64,000 bases of DNA from an uncultured virus (IMG/VR IMGVR_UViG_3300031839_001922) (IMGVR_UViG_3300031839_001922); one strand, 5' to 3'; counted from the stretch's first letter, positions 54,038-64,000 are shown. Numbers and translations: made by a program. Notes: a model not told the origin generated them from the letters alone.

Positions 54038-57000
54038 TAGTCTTCAATTTCAACCCTGATGTCGAGTTTAAAAGCCTCCATTAAAGAAAAGTCGTCATAT
54101 GGCCAATTATACCCAAGCCTGTCTTTTAATGTAAGGTTGGTGTTAAAGCCTAGGCCTAGCTCTTCCCTCTCAATATCTGGGATTCGCAGCCTTGTTCTTT
54201 CTAGAACAGCTCTCTCTATTTGTCTATTTTTATAATTTTGATAATCTTTTATGCCTCTTTGTTTAATTTTAAATGTCATAAATTTCAAGTTTTTGTAAAA
54301 ATCTCTAGAAGTTTTTATCCATTGCGAATTTAGATCAGCTTCTAAGACGTATTTTTTTAATTCTGTGCTGTATAGATAACTAGGGTCTAAAAAGTTAGCC
54401 GGGTTAATTGAATTTAAACTCACGCCAGGCTCTGTTCCAGCGTACTGGGCGCCCTTTGTCTTTGGCATCCAGCTATGCCTGTTGTTTGGTGAGAGGTTTA
54501 ATTCAATCGACGAAACCGCTTTTTCAAATGCCAAGCTAGAATCTGGCATGACACCCTGATAAATGTCCATCAATTCTTGTTTACTTAGCTCGTGCTCAAA
54601 TGGCACCACAATCATCTGGAATGGGCCAGCTTCTTCTACTTTTTCTCCAAGATAGGCCTGTCGATAATTTATGAAATCTAGTTCTACAGGCAATTCATAT
54701 CCAGGAATTCCTTTCTGCTCATCGCCTAGTAGCGTTTCAATCATTTTGAACACGTCTGTACTGGCTGCCTCGTTATAAGAAGTTTGTGATTCAAAACCTA
54801 AATGTTCTTTTCTCGTTATCGAACTGGCATCTAGATTAGCGATTAAACGATCGAGACCATATTTTCTTTTTGCTAGCGCCATCGACAACATGTTATCAAA
54901 AAGCATATTGTGAATTGGCAAGAAATGTTTGCCAGGAATTATCTCCCTAGTAACAAATATTTCACCGGAAGGTACCTTATCATTACCCCTAAGACGAACT
55001 GGCTTGTCAAAATAAGGAACTATTACAAGCGCTTCAGAAATTGTCTTGGAGTCTGCAAATTGTCCAATTTCTTTTGTTGAGGCCTGTAGTCCTAGCTGTG
55101 AAATTAGAGAGCCTGTGGTCTCATTTGTGTTTTGTGATGGCTTGTCTACATAAACGCCCTCGCTTGGTGTGGATATATCAGTTTTATAAGACAATACTTT
55201 TGTATTGTTTGTCTTGCTGGATAAAAGATCGCTAATTCTTAAATATATACCCTTTGACAAACCTGATTCATTTCGTAGTTTTTGTATTTCTTTTTGTATT
55301 TGTGTGTCGTACGGATCAGAGCCATATCCCCCCCACATTCCACGACCAGTTTTCATGTCATGATATGAGTTTGTGATAAACGTAACAGTTTCTTTCTTTT
55401 CGGCTAGCAGGCCTTGTTCTTCTCTGTTTGAAACAGCAGAGAAAGAAGATGAGAAGTCTAACACGGGACAAACCCACTTTGGATTAACATACCAAGAGAA
55501 AGCTTTTATCTCTGTGTCTGGGCGGACGTAGTTAATGTCAGCTTTATTAAATATATCGACACTGCTATCAATCTTCATTCGCGTTGAAGAGAGGCCAGAA
55601 ACAGAGCCAGTGCCAGGTGTTTTGGCACATAAGCTATCTCTAACAAGTTCATCAAAATCTTGTTGTGTTTTCGAGCCTGTCTGGTAAGTATCTAAATAAT
55701 ACGAATTTTGATCGGTTTGCTTGAAAAGGCCGTTCCAAGTGTTAATATTACTACCGCTAACGGCCGTGACTACTAAGCTACTCTTGCCATAGAAATAAGG
55801 CGGCGTGTAGGTTTGATAGGCCGGATCTGTTAAATTAGCGGCAAAATATGACTCATAGTCGCCTAATCCAGTCCACGTGCCGTCTGTGTTAAAGTCGGAC
55901 CTGACTAAAGGTTCTTGCCTGCTTATTTTGCCTGTGGATTCATTGTAAGACTCGCGTGGAAATACATTAGCAGAGCCGGACATTTTAACGATTTCTACCG
56001 GCGGGCCATAAATGTAGCCTCTCATTCCTCGATTTGTGGGGCGCGCACCGTACCACTCGAAGCCTGAAGGGTTTGACCCGGTGGACAGGCCGCCAATACC
56101 AGAATCACGAGGACCTTCGGCCATGACTTGGTGGCGGCCCATCTCTAAAGAGACTTCCATAGCGAATTCACTATTTGCATCTATGCTAACATCGGAGTCT
56201 TGTCGATAATCTGACACGAATACCGGCAATTTTTGGCCTGGTAGTTCATCTTGATCTTTTAGGAAGAAGTTCATTGTCTCAGACAAAAAGTTGCTTACGG
56301 AGGCCTCATACAGAAATTGCTCGGTATTGTCGTCAGCCATGTACATTAGTTGGGAACGAGGGCCTGTATAGGTAAATGCGGCGCCTGGATGCTCGCGGAC
56401 ATCTTGAGATGAAGCTGCAGCTGAAGCAGTAGCAGCTGCTCCTTCTGGATAATTAATGTCTAGGTCTAGAAAATCAGTTGTTAGATAAATCCTATCTCCG
56501 TCATGGCCCGGGCCGATGCCATACTTCTGCTTCAATATACTTGTATCATACAACGCCTCAAATGGCATTCTAAAGTCTGGAGTGTTGTTTAAAATCGCCG
56601 GAATACATCGCGAGGCACCCATCATATAGAAGCCCCCATAATTGAAAGATGACGTGATTTGAATTAAAAATCTTTGATTAGAGTTGGCGCGGCCATACTT
56701 TTCAGGATTTTTTTCAACGTCGGCCGGGGCATAGTCAGCTCCCGAACCACTAAAAAACACCCACGGAGCAAAATAAGTTGGTTTTTTACTATAAACAGGA
56801 TAATCTACGGCGATGCCTGATTTTATTGAGTTATACAAAATGCCAGGTGCGAAAAACGGCTCTAGAAAAGACTGCAGCTGGCCGTTGTCTTGGCCTGCCT
56901 GCTCAATTCGATCGTTTGTCTGGCTATCGCCATGCTCCGGGCCGAGACTAGGCTGAATATTGTTGTATATAAACTGCTTAAATTTATTGCCTATGTCGAC

Positions 57001-59412
57001 AGTTTTCAAAACCGGGTAGAAATTTTTCTCTGGACGCAGCTTTTTTAAGCCATGAGCAGTAAATCTTATTTTAGCCGGCACTGTATCAAAACCATTGTTC
57101 ATCGGCGTCGCAATTAAATTAGAAACCTGCCCTGTGTCAGCATGAGAGAACGCCTCATTAAAAATAACACCGGTAACATCTTGCAGATAACTAACTGCTT
57201 TTATGCTGTTTTTAAACCCTAGCTCCTCTTGTAAAGTTGAGGTAGCAACATCTTTTGACAGCGCAACATATTTGTACGCGAGAGTGTTTTCGGAAGACCC
57301 AGAAAGGCTTTCTAGATCGGAGCTAGCAGTAACGAAGGCACCATCTAATGACAGGAAATTTAGCTTGAAATCTTTTGGTTTTCTAGAAATTGGAAAAGTG
57401 ACGTTTCTCTTAATCACCGAGGGGTTTAAAGTTGCAAAACCATCCCCAAGCTGTTCGGTTGCGGCTTGTGAATCATAAAAAGAGTTTGCAACATTCTCAA
57501 GATTAAAATTTGAACTAAGTTTAAATTCAGTATAAATCTCTTTTTGCATTTGATTTTTGAAATATCTTTCATAGTAATATTGTATGTTATTGGAAGTTTT
57601 GTGCTCGGGCACATAACTGTAGTCACGGCCGTGCAGCTTCATGTCCTGTGCAAAATCAGCATATGAATTATAGAAGGGGCTTCTTCCTCTGATCAGATTT
57701 GTAGCGTAAAACGGAGTATTGTACGGGAATGTATGTCTATTGTACTGAAGCGATGCTGTCTGCGCACGATAGCCTTTTAGGTCTTCGGTAACTGATCCAG
57801 TGCGATGAAAAAACATTGTTGGCTTTGTACTATATACTAGCTCACCAGCGGTGCCAGTCAGTATGTTCTCTATTTGTGCAAAGGCGCCGGTGGCGTTAGT
57901 CACAGTAGAATATAAATTTCCTCCTGGCATGCCCGATGGTAATTTTCCTCCTGAAGCTGAGACGACCGCAGAACCGGGTTCGCGGGGGCCACCAATATGA
58001 TTCGTAACAAAGACAGAGTTGTCGGTTACAAATGTTTGGTTGCTCGGGTGTCCAATATCCTCCCTCATTCTATGTGGCGTAAGCCCAATTTGTTTTCCAA
58101 AACCACCGTGACTAGAGGTTAGATATGGCGCGGAGCTATATATGTCAGGACGGGCGTCGAGAGGCCACATACTAAAAAGAGATATGGGGTGAGGCTGATA
58201 GCTTTCAAAAGTAGCAAAGGCGCGGCCGGGGACGCTAGCAGTTGGAACGCCTCCGTTGACTAATGTTGGCATGCCATCGCCTGCCGAGTTGGTAGTCGTG
58301 GCGATGCCAGAGTGAACAATAATGCCAGGCTCCATAAAACGGTACGTAAAGTTCCATCCTAGCGACGCGCTGGACACGCTTCCAGAATGGATTAAGTCGT
58401 AGAACCCCTCACGGCTGGTTTGTGTTGGCGTTGTTGTGACCTGTATAACATCTTGTGAGTTGAGGGCAGCTGCTTCTGTTCTAAATCTAGTCATGCCCGA
58501 AGAAGTTATCTTTTGTTGTAAGGTTGGCTGCGCGTCTCGCCAAAAACTTCTGTTAACGGCGCGATCGTAACCATTTGGTCCAGTGCCGGCCGACTCTTCG
58601 TATGAAAGCTTTTCTAGCTTGTACGGCCTAAATACATTAACAGGTTTTGGAAAAATAGTTTCCGAATATATAAATCCGCTAGCGCCATTTTCTTTAGCCA
58701 CTTCGATAAAATTATAATACTCTTGTTTAGGTTTTCTTGTTGGCCGGCCATCAAATGATCCAGTATAGCGGTCTGGCCCAGCAATACTAAGCGCTTGATT
58801 TACTTCTTTGTTTTCGAAAAAAATCATTTGATTCATAAAAGTTGAGCGTATTCTGTACGCCCCTTGAATATCATATATAAACGGTTTGTGCGCCTTTACA
58901 ACTGCAGGCTCATAGAATCGATTTAATGTTGGCTGCTGGTAGAACCTTGGATTTTTTTCTGAAGTTGCCAAAGTGTTGTTGAGTGCTTCTAGATATTCGT
59001 TGACTTCTTGGTGTGTGTCGTTTTCCAAACGATATCTTAAAAACTTCTTCTCTTGCTCGCGAGCGAGGGGATCAGCATACGTAGTATCAATTGACATCGT
59101 ATTGTGCAGGCGTAAATTTCTAGCTATGGGGTGATCCCCTCCGCGGTATTGTTTCCAGGAAGAGTGTTGGTAAGGTCCGTTTCTGTTGAGCAATAAGAAG
59201 TTTAGATAATTTGGCTGAGGGTTAATATTTTGACCAACCACTTCAGAATTATAGTATATTGCCGGACTTTGCTCTCCGGGTTGTCCTAAAATATTTGTAG
59301 ATGCAGTAATAGGATCAACGATAAGAGTATTTAATCCAACAAAATCTGCGTTGATATCGCTTGCGCCCGTTATGCTAGCACTTATAAAACTTAAAGATCC
59401 ACTTAAAGCCAT
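54037..59412 (-). CDS. giant putative baseplate/virion protein (1791 aa)
   Basis: Long ORF, GAGG SD, late motif, Ser/Thr/Gly-rich. Confidence 0.75.
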   Translation of the reverse strand: MALSGSLSFISASITGASDINADFVGLNTLIVDPITASTNILGQPGEQSPAIYYNSEVVGQNINPQPNYLNFLLLNRNGPYQHSSWKQYRGGDHPIARNLRLHNTMSIDTTYADPLAREQEKKFLRYRLENDTHQEVNEYLEALNNTLATSEKNPRFYQQPTLNRFYEPAVVKAHKPFIYDIQGAYRIRSTFMNQMIFFENKEVNQALSIAGPDRYTGSFDGRPTRKPKQEYYNFIEVAKENGASGFIYSETIFPKPVNVFRPYKLEKLSYEESAGTGPNGYDRAVNRSFWRDAQPTLQQKITSSGMTRFRTEAAALNSQDVIQVTTTPTQTSREGFYDLIHSGSVSSASLGWNFTYRFMEPGIIVHSGIATTTNSAGDGMPTLVNGGVPTASVPGRAFATFESYQPHPISLFSMWPLDARPDIYSSAPYLTSSHGGFGKQIGLTPHRMREDIGHPSNQTFVTDNSVFVTNHIGGPREPGSAVVSASGGKLPSGMPGGNLYSTVTNATGAFAQIENILTGTAGELVYSTKPTMFFHRTGSVTEDLKGYRAQTASLQYNRHTFPYNTPFYATNLIRGRSPFYNSYADFAQDMKLHGRDYSYVPEHKTSNNIQYYYERYFKNQMQKEIYTEFKLSSNFNLENVANSFYDSQAATEQLGDGFATLNPSVIKRNVTFPISRKPKDFKLNFLSLDGAFVTASSDLESLSGSSENTLAYKYVALSKDVATSTLQEELGFKNSIKAVSYLQDVTGVIFNEAFSHADTGQVSNLIATPMNNGFDTVPAKIRFTAHGLKKLRPEKNFYPVLKTVDIGNKFKQFIYNNIQPSLGPEHGDSQTNDRIEQAGQDNGQLQSFLEPFFAPGILYNSIKSGIAVDYPVYSKKPTYFAPWVFFSGSGADYAPADVEKNPEKYGRANSNQRFLIQITSSFNYGGFYMMGASRCIPAILNNTPDFRMPFEALYDTSILKQKYGIGPGHDGDRIYLTTDFLDLDINYPEGAAATASAAASSQDVREHPGAAFTYTGPRSQLMYMADDNTEQFLYEASVSNFLSETMNFFLKDQDELPGQKLPVFVSDYRQDSDVSIDANSEFAMEVSLEMGRHQVMAEGPRDSGIGGLSTGSNPSGFEWYGARPTNRGMRGYIYGPPVEIVKMSGSANVFPRESYNESTGKISRQEPLVRSDFNTDGTWTGLGDYESYFAANLTDPAYQTYTPPYFYGKSSLVVTAVSGSNINTWNGLFKQTDQNSYYLDTYQTGSKTQQDFDELVRDSLCAKTPGTGSVSGLSSTRMKIDSSVDIFNKADINYVRPDTEIKAFSWYVNPKWVCPVLDFSSSFSAVSNREEQGLLAEKKETVTFITNSYHDMKTGRGMWGGYGSDPYDTQIQKEIQKLRNESGLSKGIYLRISDLLSSKTNNTKVLSYKTDISTPSEGVYVDKPSQNTNETTGSLISQLGLQASTKEIGQFADSKTISEALVIVPYFDKPVRLRGNDKVPSGEIFVTREIIPGKHFLPIHNMLFDNMLSMALAKRKYGLDRLIANLDASSITRKEHLGFESQTSYNEAASTDVFKMIETLLGDEQKGIPGYELPVELDFINYRQAYLGEKVEEAGPFQMIVVPFEHELSKQELMDIYQGVMPDSSLAFEKAVSSIELNLSPNNRHSWMPKTKGAQYAGTEPGVSLNSINPANFLDPSYLYSTELKKYVLEADLNSQWIKTSRDFYKNLKFMTFKIKQRGIKDYQNYKNRQIERAVLERTRLRIPDIEREELGLGFNTNLTLKDRLGYNWPYDDFSLMEAFKLDIRVEIED

Positions 59413-59433
59413 TTGTATTCTAACCTCACCATA

Positions 59434-59441
59434 TAATTAGA
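59434..59441 (-). promoter_or_regulatory. late promoter motif variant TCTAATTA
   Basis: Variant of ACTANTTA at the usual distance (22 nt) from ATG. Confidence 0.45.
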
Positions 59442-59448
59442 TTATATA

Positions 59449-62400
59449 TTAAATTATTGATCCTGTTATCCATCTTGTCTGCTGGTCTGTTCTAGGAACC
59501 ATGTGGGAAATGAATCGGTTGTCGTACACTGATGCTGTGATTACAGTCATTCCAACAAAGTCTGTCGGACTAGTTACCGAGCCAGACAGCTCTAGCCTTT
59601 CAATGTTATTCCTGTGTGTCTTGTGAGCCGCGGCCTGGCCAACAAGATCAAAATCTTCGCTTCTAATTCTACCAACGACTTCGTTTCCATATACGCGCGC
59701 CGTAGTTGCGTCGTGGGCACTTACACCAAAACGACCACAGTGAGCCTGTAACTGCGAATTGTGCACTTTTCTTGGCCACGGGTTTCTATACGTTAGCGCG
59801 TTTCCGACAGCATAAGTTTCATGCGCAGGGTCTAAATAACCTCTAGAAAGGGTTTCAAATCCGCCAGGAGAGCTGAATCTGGTCATTATTCTAGTTCTGT
59901 TGCGAACGGAACCAGTTAAATATGAGCGATCTGGCAGCGTGTAAATGGGCTCTGACACGCTGAACGGATCCACAACCGGCCCGGGCGGGCGCGATAAAGC
60001 TAGCTGTATACTGCCATCCTGTCTTTTAAAAGTGGTTTTAGTAATTTGAGAATTGTTTTTAACAAAATATGGATCATTTACCTCTGGACTAACTGTGCTG
60101 ACATATTCATACCTATCAAAATAGTTGCCAGCTTGGGTTGGAGAGCTGCCTGTAGTTTCAATATTGCGTATATTTACCGGTCGCTTCGCTAGTAAGCCTC
60201 TGGTCAAAGTTGCATATGGCCTGTTGTGATCATCAAAAGTTGGATGAAAAACTTTAAAGGAGTTTCTGGAGATGTCTCCTGACGTGGCTATTTTAAGGGT
60301 GAAACTATCAATTGCGCAATCACCTAGTTGTGTTATGCCAGCAGTATAAAGAAGCCTTATGTAAAACCTCTTTCCAATATATTCTTGGAGAGCTGCGGTT
60401 TCTGCGCTTGTAATTCTAGCTAAGCGCCAAGCAGCGCCTGCGGAGGCTTGCTGTTGTCCCGAAATGATTGTTGATTCAAACGGGGTGCCGCCGGCGTCCC
60501 ACCTAACAAGCAAATCAGTCACGTCTGTTGTAAAGTTTTTGTCGGTCGAGGCTTGGACCTTTAAGTTACCCATATTGATGCCAAACATGTGGTAGTAAAA
60601 CTCTAAAGTTACGTCTGTCGAACTTTCATAAAGGTCTAACAAATCAATTAGTGGAGTTGCCAGACCAAATGTTTGACCAACACGAGATGGCAACACTTCG
60701 CAGTATGCATAGCCGCCAGTTCCAGCGTCGCGCTGATCTTTTGTTGGGCCCGTGCCGACTGTCGGAGAAGAACCAGACAAAAAAGTCCAAGAATTGTCAG
60801 TTCCAACCCCATTGCGCCAATATTCGGCTGGGGAGGGGTCCCCTTCGGCTGAACCAATGGGAAGGCTAAGAATTCTAATATTATCAGTGCCTGTAGAAGT
60901 AGCATTGTTAAAGCCTTCGTTGAGAATAGTTGATTGAGTGCCGTCAAACAAAAATTCTTTTAAGTGCCAGCCCTCTGCTCTGGTTAGCGCATCATCTGAG
61001 CCCTGGTTGAGTTTAATATGTCTGTGCTGTTGTCCACCAACGTGCTTTTCTGTAAACGGACCTTGTAGAGGAGTAGCAGAATTAAAACCATATTTGTCCT
61101 CATGAATATTGGTAAAGTCTATTTTAAACTGATCAGAATACAATTTTTGATAGCCCGTGTCAAGTGAGGAGGTAAAAATTTGAAATGGTAAAATTAAACT
61201 AGACTTTGCATCCGTGTATTTCAGGTCGTTTTTCTTTGTTCCATCTGCTGTTGATTCTAGAGTTTCTGCCTCCGTCATTGTCAAGGCCCTAATTCTAAGC
61301 TTTTTCTTATCTAATTCCGGAGGGGTTGGTGCATCGTCGCAGTCTGTCTCTTTTGTCTCATTATCAATGTCCAGATAAATAAAATCGTCATCGCTGCCCC
61401 ACCGAATAACACCTTTATAAAAATCATGTAAATTATTATCTGCTTGAGTTGAGCCGCCACGTAAATCTTGAGCTTTTTCTATTGTAAGGTCCGCAACACG
61501 AGAAAGGCTTCTGTCTGCATAATAGCTCTTTAGATATCTTGTGGATGTTGTAGTTGTTAATCTAGGCTCGGAGCCGCTTTGCTCCGTAATGGCAATTTTT
61601 AAAATTTCATTTTTGTTGCTATCAATACTGCTAACGCCGGAAGTAAGAGGGCCATCTCTTTCTGCCCTCTCTTTCCACCACAAACAATTAGTGTTTTGGT
61701 TAGAGTTTTCTGACGGAGACACCGGAGCATGACCAAATTTCCAATTATATCTTAATTCTTCAATACCTCTTAGCGATCCAAGAGGGTCTTTTGTTTTGGT
61801 TTCTAAAGTAGGAAACTTAGTCCAGTATTTGTTTCTTTCAAGCACGTGGCTTTCAACCATGTTTCTCAAAAACTCTGTATTGTTAGACGACAAAGGAATG
61901 AGCTGGGCTATCATAATTGTCACAGCATCATCGATCCATTTAAAATATTCTATGAATTTTTCTAACTCCAATCTTTCGTTTTCTACACTCTCGAAGAAAA
62001 GTTCACGGAGTTTTTGCATTTTTTTATAATAAGGGCGATACCTATTTACGGGTTCGCCGATCAGGTTGTTAAAATTATTAACCGTAGCAAAAAAACGAAG
62101 CATCTCTTCAGAAATTGTCTGGTACATGCTTTTTTCTACAGACAAAAAGTGCTCGATGTAGTTTGTATCCCTTGTAAAAACCATCTCATCTTGCTGATTT
62201 AGCGTCTTTATCATGTCATCGCTGTTTACAACTTCTGGTAATTTTAGCTTTGCTGATTGTACAAATTCAATATCTATAGCTTGATTTAGCAAATTTGCGT
62301 CAGTAGAAAATTTGTCGCCGCGGCCAGAATAGTTATATTTTGATATCGGAGAAGCCCAATAATCACCAAACTTTAATTTCTGGTCTGTTGAGCCGGATGC

Positions 62401-64000
62401 AAAGTCCTCTATTAAGAACTGGCCGGAAGCGTTAGAGCCTGTCAAATTATCCATAGTCCAGTTTAGAATTAAAGTTGAGATCTGCGGGACAAAATTACTG
62501 TTTAACGAATCATTGCTGTTTCTGTACGGCTGAAATGCACCATAGGAAGAGGCGTCGCGGGCGTGAGCTTGTATTGTTTCATTTGTTAGATAATCTAACC
62601 AAACACGGGTCGAGGACACCTTGACATCTGAATATTTGCGCACAGAACCTGTAAAGTTAGTTCTTTCTGCGCCCAGAAATACTCTTTTTGGTTCTTTGAA
62701 AAAAGTCAATGCATTTGCTAAACTCATTGTGCCAGAAATAGTAAATTCGTTTTGCAATATATTAGAAACGTAATTTACACCATATAGCTCATAAGTGTAC
62801 GCTGATGCTGTAGGCAATAAAAATCCGGTGCTGGTGTTTAAAGCTGGCGCTGTATTTGTTGGTGCTTTTGTTGGACGCAAACGGAAAGCTAAATTCCACT
62901 TTTCATTGTCGTATACTCCTGCGTAACTACCTGTTGTTTCTATTGGGGTAAAAACATTTGAGCCAGACAATATGAATTTTACGTTCCTTAAATCATCATC
63001 AGTTTTTGCTACATGAACATTAAAATCTATGGTGTTCGAAGACGCAAATGTCAAATCAGTGTTGGAAGCTGTTACTGCGTGAAGACCAAATATAGATGAC
63101 GTAACAGACGGAAAGTTTTTGTAGTTTTTGTCCTCTGGCATGTGCCTTCTAGGAAAAATTACTTCAGTTTCGACTGTCATCATAGCGCCAGTTAGCAAAG
63201 ACTCCGTAGCACCGGGGATATAAGACAAAGAATTAGAGTCTGTGGAATCGTAATATTGGTAAGCTGTTGCGCTATAAGAACCAGCAATACCACCGCTGGA
63301 AGAAAGTCTAGTCTCGATATCATCAAAATCAATATATGATTTTTTTACACTAGTGTTAGTCGTATTGTCTTTTAGTTTGTATGTGTCGTTGTTAGAATAA
63401 ACGTTTAATTTTATTAGCTCTTCGTCAACTCCAAAACATCTCAAAAAGTTTCTTAAAGACTTAAACGTACCTTTCGATTTTTGTATATAAGAAAGATTAT
63501 TATAAATGTTTTGATAAATAATGTTCTTTACTTCATATAATTTTTTCTCAAATAATTTCTTTTCATCTCTATCTAAATATTTTCCTAACTCTGCCACATC
63601 AGCAAAAAGCTCCGGGGCGTCATATCCTCTAGAACTTAAAAGCCTTTCTGCAAAAGGTAGTGGTTTTTCATAATTGTTATCATCAGGGTAATTGATATCT
63701 TTTAGTCTGGGTAACTTTTCTATTTGAAGATACAGGTCATCAAAAAAACTGGCCATAATTTGAGTTAAATATTTTAAATTTTTTGACTGCTCTTCGTCTT
63801 GTTCTGCTATCCACGCAGGCATTGATTTATACAAAGAAGAAGCATTCTCATGATCGTGCATTGATCCGGAAGTTTTCTTGTCTGATATGAGCGCCTCGAC
63901 GCTTGGGTGGTGGCTGTAAATGATTGGATCTAAAAACTCTTTTGTTGCGGCGGAGGAAGACACTATGGCGGAGCCGGTATTTCTAGAGGAGGCACTATAA
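59449..64000 (-). CDS. giant baseplate-wedge-like protein with LamG-like and MAM-like domains (5' end beyond the window)
   Basis: Frame stays open from 63963 to the window end (YSASSRNTGSAIV...); IYNNLSYIQKSKGT..S...LRCFG resembles wedge (gp7/gpI-type) proteins; MAM-like block at about 60290-60900. Confidence 0.75.
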   Translation of the reverse strand, partial: YSASSRNTGSAIVSSSAATKEFLDPIIYSHHPSVEALISDKKTSGSMHDHENASSLYKSMPAWIAEQDEEQSKNLKYLTQIMASFFDDLYLQIEKLPRLKDINYPDDNNYEKPLPFAERLLSSRGYDAPELFADVAELGKYLDRDEKKLFEKKLYEVKNIIYQNIYNNLSYIQKSKGTFKSLRNFLRCFGVDEELIKLNVYSNNDTYKLKDNTTNTSVKKSYIDFDDIETRLSSSGGIAGSYSATAYQYYDSTDSNSLSYIPGATESLLTGAMMTVETEVIFPRRHMPEDKNYKNFPSVTSSIFGLHAVTASNTDLTFASSNTIDFNVHVAKTDDDLRNVKFILSGSNVFTPIETTGSYAGVYDNEKWNLAFRLRPTKAPTNTAPALNTSTGFLLPTASAYTYELYGVNYVSNILQNEFTISGTMSLANALTFFKEPKRVFLGAERTNFTGSVRKYSDVKVSSTRVWLDYLTNETIQAHARDASSYGAFQPYRNSNDSLNSNFVPQISTLILNWTMDNLTGSNASGQFLIEDFASGSTDQKLKFGDYWASPISKYNYSGRGDKFSTDANLLNQAIDIEFVQSAKLKLPEVVNSDDMIKTLNQQDEMVFTRDTNYIEHFLSVEKSMYQTISEEMLRFFATVNNFNNLIGEPVNRYRPYYKKMQKLRELFFESVENERLELEKFIEYFKWIDDAVTIMIAQLIPLSSNNTEFLRNMVESHVLERNKYWTKFPTLETKTKDPLGSLRGIEELRYNWKFGHAPVSPSENSNQNTNCLWWKERAERDGPLTSGVSSIDSNKNEILKIAITEQSGSEPRLTTTTSTRYLKSYYADRSLSRVADLTIEKAQDLRGGSTQADNNLHDFYKGVIRWGSDDDFIYLDIDNETKETDCDDAPTPPELDKKKLRIRALTMTEAETLESTADGTKKNDLKYTDAKSSLILPFQIFTSSLDTGYQKLYSDQFKIDFTNIHEDKYGFNSATPLQGPFTEKHVGGQQHRHIKLNQGSDDALTRAEGWHLKEFLFDGTQSTILNEGFNNATSTGTDNIRILSLPIGSAEGDPSPAEYWRNGVGTDNSWTFLSGSSPTVGTGPTKDQRDAGTGGYAYCEVLPSRVGQTFGLATPLIDLLDLYESSTDVTLEFYYHMFGINMGNLKVQASTDKNFTTDVTDLLVRWDAGGTPFESTIISGQQQASAGAAWRLARITSAETAALQEYIGKRFYIRLLYTAGITQLGDCAIDSFTLKIATSGDISRNSFKVFHPTFDDHNRPYATLTRGLLAKRPVNIRNIETTGSSPTQAGNYFDRYEYVSTVSPEVNDPYFVKNNSQITKTTFKRQDGSIQLALSRPPGPVVDPFSVSEPIYTLPDRSYLTGSVRNRTRIMTRFSSPGGFETLSRGYLDPAHETYAVGNALTYRNPWPRKVHNSQLQAHCGRFGVSAHDATTARVYGNEVVGRIRSEDFDLVGQAAAHKTHRNNIERLELSGSVTSPTDFVGMTVITASVYDNRFISHMVPRTDQQTRWITGSII

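Noticed and set aside
63961..63963. GTG at 63963 as start of the 1504-aa protein
   Set aside because: The frame remains open to the window edge, so the true start probably lies outside.
1..64000. Alternative genetic code, introns/inteins, tRNAs, integrase, diversity-generating retroelement
   Set aside because: TAA, TAG and TGA all end genes and coding density is near complete in code 11. TerL, RecA, the visible helicase and portal show no intein-sized inserts; intergenic gaps showed no cloverleaf; no reverse transcriptase or integrase ORF seen.

Overview
A 64-kb, gene-dense fragment of a large lytic myovirus (jumbo/large-phage-like, distantly T4-related). Every supported gene lies on the minus strand, in the standard genetic code. 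In transcription order (right to left): giant baseplate/receptor-binding proteins (one with a MAM-like domain); an early RuvC, primase and single-chain SbcD-SbcC (Mre11-Rad50) block; a holin/spanin-like membrane cassette; a T4-type head module (TerL, portal, protease, scaffold, major capsid protein) interleaved with a ribosomal protein bS21 homologue, micro-ORFs and a fibre protein; neck, sheath, tube, a tail chaperone with a candidate +1/-2 frameshift, tape measure and hub genes; then a miniature family-A DNA polymerase translationally coupled to a degenerate tubulin/FtsZ-like protein, gp32-like SSB, RecA, a Zn deaminase, a 5'-3' exonuclease and a DnaB-like helicase. Two promoter classes can be read from the DNA: a sigma70-like class with an invariant 16-bp spacer before replication genes, and an ACTANTTA motif mostly before structural genes. 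No tRNA, rRNA, CRISPR array, integrase or transposase was seen. Product calls come from motifs recognised by eye, not from database searches.
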